Positions 13,101 to 23,900 of a stretch of 64,000 nt of DNA are shown one piece after another. The DNA comes from Phoronis australis (Eukaryota; Animalia; Phoronida). Numbering within the stretch: position 1 is the first letter of the stretch; the number at the start of each line of letters is the position of its first letter. The stretch lies in assembly GCA_002633005.1 (NCBI GenBank), contig NMRA01000351.1:359258-423257 (forward strand), in the 5' to 3' direction. The notes under the pieces were generated by a model, which did no database searches, was not told where the DNA came from, and was given only the letters and a program-made list of their open reading frames with translations. Made by a program: the position numbers and the translations under genes.

Positions 13101-13284
13101 GCCTTGTATTTACATATGCCTTGTATTTACATATGCCTTGTATTTACATATGCCTTGTATTTACATATGCCTTGTATTTACATATGCCTTGTATTTACAT
13201 ATGCCTTGTATTTACATATGCCTTGTATTTAATTTGCAGGTCAAATTTTATGAAAACAGTCAGCCGGCTGCTGGAGCAGAGTAG
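1086..13284 (+). CDS. PLEKHF2: Phafin2 / pleckstrin homology domain-containing family F member 2-like (PH + FYVE + acidic tail), 9 coding exons, 266 aa
   Basis: Exons 1086-1101, 1850-1914, 2217-2354, 3110-3173, 7993-8118, 9259-9365, 11118-11256, 11779-11879, 13240-13284, all GT-AG with matching phases (801 nt). Translation MVDRLVNSEANKKRVAFVEQCFG...GRVLVGEG...RQFFLFNDILVYG...KSFTVYAATATEKSEWMAHINKC...WVPD...RRHHCRKCG...C..C; matches the Phafin family from memory. Confidence 0.93.
1850..1914 (+). CDS. PLEKHF2: PLEKHF2 exon 2
   Basis: tttcag|...VNSEANKKRVAFVEQCFGTSGQ|gtaaga. Confidence 0.92.
2217..2354 (+). CDS. PLEKHF2: PLEKHF2 exon 3 (PH domain start)
   Basis: ttgcag|PLCIAGRVLVGEGILVKMCRKKPKPRQFFLFNDILVYGNIVINKKK|gtaact. 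Confidence 0.95.
3110..3173 (+). CDS. PLEKHF2: PLEKHF2 exon 4
   Basis: ttgcag|YNKQHIIALEDVKLQSVQDEG|gtaagt. Confidence 0.93.
4586..6200 (-). mobile_element. L1/Tx1-like non-LTR retrotransposon fragment (ORF2 linker between endonuclease and RT) spanning an assembly gap
   Basis: Minus-strand frame 6150-5670: KMEIRKTSISF...IKGSILRSKAQWAEQGENGKYFKNLE...YYKKLY, a pattern typical of L1/Tx1 ORF2; on the far side of the gap, AATAAA plus poly(A) on the minus strand (T run 4586-4610). Confidence 0.75.
4921..5669. other. assembly gap (N run)
   Basis: 749 N. Confidence 1.
7299..7706. mobile_element. degenerate hAT-like MITE
   Basis: gacggcttgacgtta vs reverse complement of the right end taggctcgacataat; internal repeats of ccaggtcgca..tgcgac; no clear TSD. 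Confidence 0.4.
7993..8118 (+). CDS. PLEKHF2: PLEKHF2 exon 5 (PH domain end)
   Basis: tttcag|SLSNGWQIISPSKSFTVYAATATEKSEWMAHINKCVQDLITK|gtaagg. Confidence 0.95.
8353..8575. repeat. degenerate ~27-bp minisatellite (gggtacacttctgaccggagtggggat)
   Basis: repeated acttctgacc/gagtgggga units in PLEKHF2 intron 5. Confidence 0.8.
9259..9365 (+). CDS. PLEKHF2: PLEKHF2 exon 6 (FYVE WxxD)
   Basis: tttcag|KGKKQTVDDSPVWVPDCEANTCMHCRKSEFNIVNRR|gtacgt. Confidence 0.94.
9619..10705 (+). mobile_element. Helentron-associated non-autonomous element (HINE / DINE-1-like) with ~150-bp internal tandem repeats
   Basis: T-run, 5' subTIR atgcgcccac (9624-9633), nearby inverted copy gtggacgcat (9644-9653), (CCGT)n microsatellite, four ~150-bp units, 3' subTIR gtgggcgcat (10671-10680), hairpin caacgc-tct-gcgttg (10683-10697), ends ...cttgTT. 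Confidence 0.8.
11118..11256 (+). CDS. PLEKHF2: PLEKHF2 exon 7 (FYVE HHCR / RVC)
   Basis: ttccag|HHCRKCGILVCGPCSDKKWLFPQQSSKPQRVCLSCFDKL...|gtgaga. Confidence 0.95.
11779..11879 (+). CDS. PLEKHF2: PLEKHF2 exon 8 (acidic tail)
   Basis: tgtcag|DIKAQDFVGEAGDSSGDDSSDDDERPMEDSNNCE|gtgaat; poly-acidic tract typical of Phafins. Confidence 0.8.
13095..13230. repeat. 17-bp tandem repeat x8 (tttacatatgccttgta) abutting the exon 9 acceptor
   Basis: gccttg at 13101, 13118 ... 13220 (period 17). Confidence 0.95.
13240..13284 (+). CDS. PLEKHF2: PLEKHF2 terminal exon 9
   Basis: ttgcag|VKFYENSQPAAGAE* in phase 0. Confidence 0.72.
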   Translation, partial: VKFYENSQPAAGAE

Positions 13285-13769
13285 AGGAAATGACAGGTTG
13301 CACAACATTCCTCCTTCTAATTTTTGAAATTTATTACTTGATTCGTCATTCAGTGCTATTGTAGCTTTTCATGACTGCCATATTAAGATAACTCTCATAC
13401 ATGTTAATTAGCTCTACTTAAATTCATATTTCATCAGTGTTTTCCACAACTCATCATGGTAATGGGGTTGAAGCTTAAGGGACTAGTTTAACTCACCTGT
13501 GTCGAGTTTTAAAAAAACAATGCGAGATTGAATTTGTAATAGGGAAGATATTTCTTCAGCAAACATTTTATATTTATTGGAACCATTTCAGTCTTAGATT
13601 CCAAGGCTCTGCGTACAAACTCCCACAGTGTAGAAATGAACTTTTGAACATGAATATTTGCAATTCCCGTCTAGTTTGTCTATTCTCTTGTGGAGAACAC
13701 TGTATGCATTTATTCTATTTTTGTAGTGAACAATCAAACAGTCCTGCTATTAGTTCTGAGAAACTTAAG

Positions 13770-14310
13770 TTTCCATGAACAGTTCAACAGTAGTAGTTGT
13801 CTGAGTCCAAACTATCCTCAGTCACTCTAGTAAGAATGGTTCTCTGTGCCTGAGCTATCACTCTCCATGAACAGTTGAGTACTTACTAGTGGTTCCCAGT
13901 GCCTGAACTATCCATGAACAGTTCAGTAAAAATTGTTCCCAGTGCCTAAGCTGTCTATGAGCAGTTAGGTAATAGTGGATCTCAGTGTCTGAACTATCCA
14001 TGAACAGTTCAGTACTAGTGGTTCCCAGGGCCTGGACTGTTTGTGAACTATTCAGTACTAGTGATTCCCAGTGCCTGAAATATTCATTAACATTTCTGTG
14101 GTTTCCTGATCCTGAAGTATCCATCAACTATTCTGTAACTGTGGTTCCCAGCTTTTAACTACCCATGAATAGTTAAATAATGGGTTTCCAGTGCCTGAAT
14201 TGTCCATGAACAGTTCAATTATTGATGCCCAATGCCTGAACTATCCATGAATGGTTCGGTAATAAGAGTTAACTTTCCAGTTCCTCAACTAACCATGAAC
14301 AATTCATTAC
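13770..14310. repeat. degenerate ~43-bp minisatellite (ccatgaacagttcagtactagtggttcccagtgcctgaactat), probably in the PLEKHF2 3'UTR
   Basis: about 12 diverged copies; AATAAA follows at 14404-14409. Confidence 0.8.
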
Positions 14311-14471
14311 TTATGGTTTTCAAATTGCTACATCTCCAACTTAGGAAAATGCTTGGCAATCTGAGTAGTCGATCTTGCAAACCTTAATCAATAATTTGTC
14401 AAGAATAAAAAAGTGCTGTGTAATTGTATTTTGCAGCAATAAGAACCCAGTGCATGCTGTATTTTATATCA

Positions 14472-15041
14472 GGGCTGTTCCAGCAAAATCTGTGTGTGAG
14501 GGGGGGAAGGCAACTGAAATAAAAATTTATGGGTGGTTGCGTTTGATTTAAATTCAAAATGGCTGGTGGTCGTACTTCAAAAAAAATAAAAATTTACAGG
14601 TCGTTGTTGTTTCATTGGGCCATAAATGTTTGATGGTGGGTAATTTTAGTAAATTTTATAAACAATCCGCACAGAATCGAAAACGGAAACAAAAATGCAA
14701 CTTGCAAAAAGCTCCGACTTTTTCACTCCCTCCGATCTTCTCATCGGCATGCCCATAACACCATTTAACCACAGGTGCTCGAATTTCTCGATGGCTAATA
14801 ACCATATATAAAAAACATGTTTTCTTAGTAATGAATGACGTTAGTGGTGATGGAGGAACAGATAAACTCAAGCGCCTGTGCAGTCAAGAACAAGAACAAA
14901 AAAAAATTACGGGTGGTTGCATTTCAAACTTATAAAAAATTACCGGTGGTAGGCTGAAGAAATAAATGAAAATTATGGGTGATGGGTGCGAAAAAAAGGT
15001 GCCTTCCCCCCCCTCCCATACAGATTTTACTGGAACAGCCC
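14472..15041. mobile_element. PIF/Harbinger-like MITE
   Basis: TIR gggctgttccagcaaaatctgtg / catacagattttactggaacagccc, 3-bp TSD TCA (14469-14471, 15042-15044). Confidence 0.85.
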
Positions 15042-15307
15042 TCATGAATTATGAATTTTTGCACTGATAGGAGTTATAATTCATCATGTTTGTCCTTGGA
15101 TCATGCTTGTGTTTTGATTTTTTGAAAATTGGTTAGTGCAACATTGAACAACTTTGTATACATGCAATATATTTTCTATTATGTAACATGCATCGTGATT
15201 GATTTCTCTTTTCTTATGTGGAGTCACTGAACTACGGGCTAAGATGATTTGTGGCCAATGACTGGAATACCGTTTTTTCATAGTAAGAATAGAGTAAATT
15301 AGCATTA

Positions 15308-15448
15308 CATGGGCGGCGCACCATAGGGGGCGGGTAGGCTATAGCCCCCACTTTTTTCAGTGCTCTGGCACCCATGGTCTATAGGCGGTGCACCACAGGG
15401 GGCTGTGGGCTATGGCACCCCCACTTTCTTAGTGCTACGCTGCCCATG
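15308..15448. mobile_element. short hAT-like MITE with 5-bp flanking duplication
   Basis: ends catgggcggcgca / tacgctgcccatg; CATTA on both sides (15303-15307, 15449-15453); internal ~55-bp duplication. Confidence 0.6.
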
Positions 15449-18400
15449 CATTAGTGTAGCATTAGTGCGAGACCAGCTGGGCCTTAGACTACCAAGCGTT
15501 ACTCCAGCGAAACTCATTCATTATCAACCACATCCTATAGAAGTTTATAATTTAATTATGCCTTCAAGTTGGTCGATGTCTTGTTCAGTCTTAGAAAATG
15601 TTCGTCTCTGGCACATACTTGTTTATTCAATATTCCGATATTTTGTAGCGGGGGAGGCTACCTTGGCGGAGGGTTGACAAAATTTGGCAACCGGGCCTAG
15701 GTCAAATTATTAGTGCTGAAGACTTTTTTAGCAAGCCGTTTTTCTGTTATGGTTGATGGAAACTCATCGTTTACAGGCTGTCGCTCAGTTGTTCAATTTA
15801 CCTTCGGCCCAGAGTGCTTTTCATCGGGCAATATTGGGTAGAAGGTAACAAAACCTGTGACCACTTTTTGATTTGATTAATTAAATTATAATTTTGGGCG
15901 TCCAAAATCTTGAGAATCCTGCCAGCATAATAAGCTTAGGGTGTTGCTTAAGTTTGAAGATGAAATTTCTTGGTCTAAATTGTCAACGCGTTCGAATTAT
16001 CAATATACATGTACTTATGCGCATGTAATCCACGACCGCTTAGCATTACTTCGACCGCTCGTGCCACTGAGGTTCACTTATATAGGCCTATGCATGTATA
16101 TTTACTCAACAAGTCACGAAGACAAAATTCACCTTTCACTCCATTCCTGCCAGCAAAGTCTGTCTCTCTGTATAGTGCTGGGCCCGGGTGCAGCGTGTGA
16201 CGGACATAGGCTATCCCGCATACGGAATCCAGATATGGACCCGCGTGAGCCCGACTCGCGGGCTGATTCTTTACTGCAACTGCTTCAGAAAAGTACGAAA
16301 CATTACTTAGCTCACTGAAATTGATCATTATTTTGACCTGTCTAAACTTTATAGTATCACTTAGTAACGTCATTGTTGCTGTACTGAGCAACTAGACAAA
16401 TGAGGAAATTTGAAATGAGGATTCTAGGACACCGGCTGTGGTGTGACGTCTAGATTCGGAGATGGGACTATAGTCGTGGGTTTAGTGAAAACCTCGCCAT
16501 TATATCATGCACGTCCGGTGGTCTGGCAAATAACGTGTACATTGATACGAGAGACAAACGGGCCAGGTCGCAGACAACAACTAATGATAAAAGTTGACCT
16601 AAAAATCTGTCAAGTGTAACTCTGAAGCGGCCATAAAACCGCTTTCAGTCACCAAAAAGAGTTTATTTTGACCAGCAACCTTTTTCCTTTAATAGTCAAA
16701 CTGGTTCGTAAATGATTAATGGAGACCACTGAGTGCCGTTACTCACACCCTTCAGTTGTTCGTTACTGCGTCTTTATTTTGTCCGCCTTCTCCGAAGAAC
16801 GTGCTGTCAGTTTATTTTGCAAGTCGTCCGAGTAAGGAACAAGTTGAGGCGATTTCTATAGCGGCAAGGGGTCTAAAACAAAAGTTCACTTCTTTTTGGA
16901 CTGTACTCAGATTTATAGCCATTTTGCGAAGTTGACGCAGGACTCATCGCATCTGACGTACTGAAGAGGATAGCTATTGCGGTCTTCCTCTCGAACCGCA
17001 ACACGGCTAGGAAATCATATCGCCCGGCTTATCGGATCATACACCTAAGCCAGAGAGATTGTGTGGGCGGATATATTCATATTTGCCACCTACAAAATAT
17101 CGTACCACTAGCTGTTGCCCCTCCTCCGCATCCAAATGGTTATCGAATGGTCGTTTCTCGCGTCACGTGCTTCGATCGTGGTCACGTCACTTCACGTAGA
17201 AATAAATTATTTTTGGTCAAATTTTCGCAGTGCTGCCAATTTCGGCACTGCCGTTAGTTAATTACTTGACTACAGAACTGCTCAATCTGAGTCCTGAACT
17301 AGCCCTGGAGAATGCAATGTGTGCAAATTGATAGAGCACTGGCACATAATTTTGTAAAAGTTTTAAGTGCCAAATGCCTCCGTGGTTACTAAGCAGATTA
17401 GAAACGACTTACAAAATAATTTTTTGGACAATATGTCACTGTGACTGCAGTTCTACTCGTATTTACGTCATAATGTACTGGCCGATACTTCATCACCGTA
17501 AATCTTACATTATTTTAAAAGCCCATTGATAGCTATTCGTGTCTGAGTAACTGAGTAACAAACGTATTTTTAGTAATTCTTTCCCATGCTTAAAGAGTTT
17601 TCTCAGAATCATGCAATGGTGACGTCATTGTCACGGTCCCCGAATGTATAGTCTCGGAGAAACTGTCAGACGGATTTATCTGGTCTGTACTTGCCTGCAC
17701 CACTCAATATACACGTATATACAATGTCCAACGGAGATAAGCATCTGTGCTTTCAGGTTTGCACTCTCGCACAGCGGGCCTAGGATNGGTAAACACTATT
17801 CCAGTTCGAATTAAAATTTAGCAAAAATTAGCATTACTAAATTTAGTCTACCCCAGTATGTCTTCCTGTTTTTTAGCAGTGACTGACTTCCTCGTCCTTA
17901 CTGCTGTAAATCCGTGTAACGTTAATTTTCAATTTGTTGATTTTCATTGGTGACTTTATTTATCTTTATTGACAAAATCAAAACAATGTCCCTGATTCTG
18001 TCCGAGTTGTCGGCACATTCACAACTTTCAAGTTAAATTTTGACGTACAGGTATAGCCTGTCGAGTTCAGTTTAATTCTCAGGTGCTGTGGCGGGCTGTT
18101 GTGTTGCATGCAGTGGGCAACTTGACCGCTGGGTTTGCTCGCCAAAGAATATCTGCCGGTTCAGAAAGACACCGTGCTGTTGTGGTTACTTAAATCGCCC
18201 CAGGCTGCTGATATTATCGTTCTCTAGATATAATGTCACCACCATAAACACAGGGCGGGCAATGGTATTTTTAAATTATTTTTTCGTTTTGAACGTTTGT
18301 AAATTGCAAGTTTGAATACATCAAAGTTCGCGGTGAAAAGCACACGTGATAATAGTTTTTTGAATTTTGAAAATTGGACAAGAAATGTGACTTTTACAAC

Positions 18401-20802
18401 CTAAAATATTAATTTTTGTTCAATACGTTGCAGCCGGGCCTCGCACTAATTCTATTGTGCTACATAATTAGGCCAATTACCAAACCACCAGGTAACAGTT
18501 GGGTTTTGAGGTAAGCCAAGTGTCATTGTAATCTTGGCACTGCTGAGTGACCTGCCGTGTTATTCGCCTACTGGCACGATCGACGAACCAATTACGGACT
18601 TCATGGGATTTTTCACCAGAGGCATACATGTATACAGGGGTAGTTTAGGCTTGCAGACGTTGGTGAAGTGCATGATAGCGTTTTCCCCGTTCAGTGACTT
18701 TACCAGACGTAGGGGGTTCTGAGCGTGTGATAACATCTAGCTTCTTTGTTTATTGCCACTAAGCACCAATGACTCTACCAATAATTATCTACCAGGCCAC
18801 GTGTGAACACAGTCAAACTCATTCGGAAAGAATAGATTGTCGTAATGCTATTGGTTTATGTTCAAATTTGTTATAACTTAACTTTTATTTTTAACAGCAC
18901 AACCCAATCAGGGTATAAGATATGATCTTATTGGAGATAAGAGCAATTATCGAACAAAAGAGAACTGGCTCTCAAACCATGAATGCCAGTCAATCAGTCG
19001 CGTAAGATATTGGCTACAGGGTAAACTTCCCAACTTGTTGTTGGGCTGTAGAATCTAACAAGTTGGGAGCAACGGGAAAATGCCGTACACAGTGGGGAGA
19101 CGCCCCCCCCCCCCCCTTGGCTGCCGCAAAAAAGAAAACAGCAAGTTTTAAATTTGTGCAGTTTTAATGTTTTGGGGGGGGGGGGCTCAGCCGAGATCCA
19201 TCATATTCAAGTGTCAAATTCGGAACACGGCGCAATCGTAACGGAACTATGGCTAAGTATAGGCTTTCCCGCGATATCTCAGGCGACCGGCAGTGGCGCT
19301 GGGCACTACGACTCCGTTTCCGTCGTCTGCGTCACTGTGCAATGAAAAAATACTTCATTTTTTAAAGAAACTGGAATCTGAGTGATGGTGAACTTGAAAA
19401 AAACCGTCAGAAGCTGCTGGTGAGATGTCAATTTTAATCGAAGCTTTAGTGAATCACTCAGAAACTCATAATACTCTCTTTGTCAAACCTTAACTGTAGA
19501 CGATTTCCAAAGCAATCGCGTCATTGTTGCCAACACAAAAAACAGATTTTATCTTTTGGGCAATTAAAGACTATTTTAAATACAAAAAAATTGTTACGAA
19601 CTGATTCCACAAAATATATAACATATAATAAGCATAACAAAAGAAGGAGTTTTCGCGCGCAAACGCTGTGGACTATAGAATAAGTAGGTCTCTTAGTAAC
19701 AAAATAGGAGTTAAATCGTGGTGGTGCAGTGTCAGTAGTATTCGCTAGAGTCCGTGGTACTTGCAGTATTTCCTTGCTGACAATTTCTTCGATTTTTTTG
19801 CCTTTTTTCTTGTATAATACTTCGGGAATCAGGAAAATGCTTGATTTTTAGAGGAAAAAGCAGAAACATTTCCTGGGCGACCTCCTCCCATTCGGTGCTA
19901 TGCGCATCTACAATCGTGCTGGGAGCAAATGTTTACAGACAAAATGTTGGGCCAAGCCCCTTGTGATATCCTAGATCCGCCATCTTTGGCACTGACACGT
20001 TGACCGTGAAACCATTACCCCCGTAAAGGCTGCCGGCCCGGGATTGGACAGCCCTGCCGGTCGATTTGCAGCCCGGCACCCGATTCCACATACAGCACCC
20101 TCAAATGCAATCGGCGGAGTCAGCAACACGAAACAGTTGAATAAAACACAAACCGAGGCCTCATTAACGTTACACGCTGATAGTAAAAAGTAGTATAAAC
20201 TAAGTAAAACATCTCAGTATTTTAAATTGGTGTGGGTAGGTACAACAATTAGCGCAAGTGTTAGTTACCGATAAAAATACAGCTAGCTGTCGATACATTT
20301 ACATATGATGCCATTGGCCAGCAGAGACTGAGGTATATAGAAGCTTAAAAATATATATACAGGGAAAGCATTAGCAACAATGACAACCCACAGGCGTCGA
20401 GTTCTGTGCTGCAAAACGAAAATGCAGCCATTAAAATTAAGCGAATTTTTACTTGGCAATATATACGCGCGGTCAGCAGCCAACAGCCGTTGCTAAATGC
20501 CACAATCCGACAATGCAGCCGTATTAGTCACAAATTCATGCTTGTACTGAGCGAAATCCTTGCTGCTGTTATTCTGTCCCGGGTGGTGTCCACTTTGCCG
20601 ACTGCAGTTGCCCGTCTGCTCACTTTTGGGCACAGCGGCGCCGCTGGATCGAGTCCGGCGTCAGTGTAGTCTCGAGCCAGCGGCCGACACCGGCGTCAGG
20701 TACTCACTCACTGTGACCCCGCTAGATACTGTTGCAGTCAACGACCTCGTTGCGTTTATCGCCACCTTACGGCAAGCGTTGAAATTCAAGGTCGAAGTGA
20801 AA

Positions 20803-20950
20803 ATGGCTATGCGGAAAAGGTCGGGAAGTTTTGTTCGCACCTTAAAAGATTTGGAACCCGTATACGATAACACTGTAATTGACGGTGGCATAACTGCAGC
20901 CCAGCAAAACAAATGGGTGTTCGAGTGTGCGTGGGAGGTGGCTAACAAAG
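20803..20950 (+). CDS. GYS: GYS exon 1
   Basis: aaaATGGCT...[10 protein letters not shown]...[10 protein letters not shown]|gtaaat. Confidence 0.92.
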
Positions 20951-23900
20951 GTAAATCTTTTTAATGCAGTCATCAAAATACAAGACAACATCAGATGCAA
21001 TTTTTTTTCTCTTTACTGTAGTCTGTATGCTTAATCTCAGCGACTGCGAAAAAAGTCATTGCCCCTGAGTTATTGATCAGAATATTGCAGTGCTACTTCC
21101 GATGGTCATCACTTTTGTCTGGACTGTTAAAAGGCTTTGAAATTGCGCAGTCGGTTCAATGGTAGGTTGGTGGTCCTAGGACACCTGGTGTAGCAAAACC
21201 AGACATGACAAACCTCCATATGAACTGGACCAGTTACAAGTAGCTGGCTGCAGTTTCAGGTATCTGGCTGCAGTTACATGTACCTGGCTGCAGTTGCAGA
21301 TGGCTAGCTGCAGCTATAGGTCGCTGGCTGCATTTACAGGTTGCTGGCTATTAGCTGGCTGCAGTTACAGGTTACTGGCTGCAGTTGTTAGAGGTAGCTG
21401 GCCATAGAACATACAGGTTGCTAGCTGCAGTTACAGCTGCATAATGCCTTGCACAGCATACTTTTATGCAACAAATTATGGACTATACATTATTTACTGA
21501 AATTCTGCTAATTGCAACTTTACTTTTTATGCATACATGTAGCAACTCTCTCGTTTTCAAGCTTCAGGGACAATTAACCTATATGGTAAATGTTGGTGGT
21601 TAGCTTGGATAAAGGTGATTAATTTAGATACTCACTACTCAGACAGTCGCCAACCCATACGGTCATCGTGAAGCTGGCTCAAACAGTTGTCATCTCATAG
21701 GTTTGCTGTGATGCTGGCTCAGACGGCCCGCTCTCTCATAGGGTCAGCGGAAGCTTTTCAGCAAATTATACATCAATCTACTTAAACCAAGTCTTGTTGC
21801 ATTCCCTTTTGAGCAATAAACCAGTGATGTTAAGATAACAGTAATTGTTGCCTTTGTGAAATGAGATGTTTGCTTTCAATTTTTGAAGTTGGTGATTTAA
21901 ACCGTCTATAGAAAATCTTTGAAGTATTCAAGTACCCAAGATTATATTATGGCTACTTTTCATCATGATACCACAAGTGGGCATTTCCGTCAACCCTGTT
22001 GCGCAAAATCTAGGGTTGGTTCTATATGTGCTCCTCAATTCAAAACTGATTGGATTCTCTGGAAGGATCAAGATCAGTCAGGTGAGCAACATTGCAGAGC
22101 TTGGTACACAAGCCTAGTCAGATGTGCAACACATTGCGGAGCTTGGTACGCAAGCCTAGTCAGGTGAGCAACATATTGCAGAGCTTGGTACACAAGCCTA
22201 GTCAGGTGAGCAACATATTGCAGAGCTTGGTACACAAGCCTAGTCAGATTATTCTGGCTCCGCACACCTAAAAAGGGAACACTGGAACTTCTCAACAAAG
22301 GAGCAGCTGTTGGCGTGCATGAATCATTTTTTAATATCAGTTTATTTCACCAAACAACAAGTACAAGAACAGCAACACAATGGAAATACACATCTTTAAG
22401 TGATACTCGACCCTATGTAGTCAAAAGAGCACATTGCTTAAACTGCAAAAATAAATGACTTCCTCGTCAGGAAATGTTCAGGTGTCAACTTGTTTTTTAA
22501 TAATTTTTAAAACCTTTTACATTGCATGAATCTCATTTACCCTGTTGTTGAACTGATTTTGTCATTCAAAGACTGATGAAGCCCAACTTTTAATGGCTGA
22601 TTAAGTTTTTATGGACTGAGGTGCCAGAAATGGCCTGCACTGTGTATAATTTTTTTGTTTACCAGTAAATGGTGCTGTCACAGGCAACCATCTATGTTCC
22701 CTAATCCCCAAACAAAACAAGCTGGCTAGCTGTAATAGTCCAAGAGCTATGGTAATTGTTTATTTAAATTTCAACAGGTGAGAACTTGAGCATTGAAGTG
22801 AGAATTGTAGCACCTTATGATTGTGAAAAAATATGAGAGCAAAAATTGCCCAAGTCCCGATTCATCATAATTCAATCCATTTGAATTTTGGTGACTCAGA
22901 TGTTAAAGGTTACTTCAAAACAAAGATACGGTGAGGAGTCTAGTTGCCGTTCTAATGGAACCATAAATACAACAACAGCTGTTCCTATGGTTGATAGATT
23001 GGCCTATAATTTGAACCAAGAAATGACTTTAAACACATTAGATAAAGTTCATTTCAAGGGATTCATGAATTCCCCTTGTTCAAGGTCATAAGACATGTCA
23101 ATGACATGGTGACAAATTGTGGCATTATTTGCAAACAACTGAGGAGTAATGGTATGCTTTCTATGTTCACAAGAAATCTGAAGTTCACGCTAATTTGAAT
23201 GTGGCCCTGAAAACTGCTTTCTGTTCTGTGTGCTGGTAGGATATTTGCAAAAGTCAAGCTTGTGGATTTTAGGATAATCTGTTGAGTCATTTTGCCAAGG
23301 TGGCTGGATTTAATGAAAGAGGCAACTTGGGTAAAATGTAGATGGGTCATTCGCTAGACAGCACAAAAATGACCTCTTGTGTTCTTTGATAATCTGATGT
23401 CACCAGGGTTGTGAAAAACCAACCACTGATCTGTGAAGGTCATGTGGAATCCTATAAAAATATCTGAAATTGTCTAACTTCGGAACATAAAAAATCTCAG
23501 AAATAGCTGCTTGGATTCATATGAATTTTTCAGATACTATGCTTGATGCCTTCTTGTAAATAATCTAAAATTGCTTAAAATGAAATGATAGTTTTGAAAA
23601 CTGTTAACATTGTTTTTGAGATCTCACCTTGTGCCTATATAACAATTAAAATTTGATTAATGTAAATTGTTATCAATGTACCTTTCGTTTAGTGTTAGCT
23701 TTTACTAAAGAAATGGTCATGTGACCCAATTATTGGTAAAAAGTGAAAAATCAAATTCTACAGGGTTTCCACTTTCAGAAAATACACACTTTTACCGAGT
23801 AAAAATCTAAAATTTTGTATACAACTTGTTAATTATGCAGATCCACATCTTTAACCCCAAATTAAAAACTAAAGTTGAACGAGGGTAATACTCAGTTGTT

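Noticed and set aside
13027-13327. Repetitive Cys/Tyr-rich ORFs
   Set aside because: Translation of the 17-bp repeat; only 13240-13284 is exonic.
16740-16922. Minus-strand ATG and GTGAGT donor suggesting a gene between PLEKHF2 and GYS
   Set aside because: All three frames stop before the donor and there is no recognisable protein.
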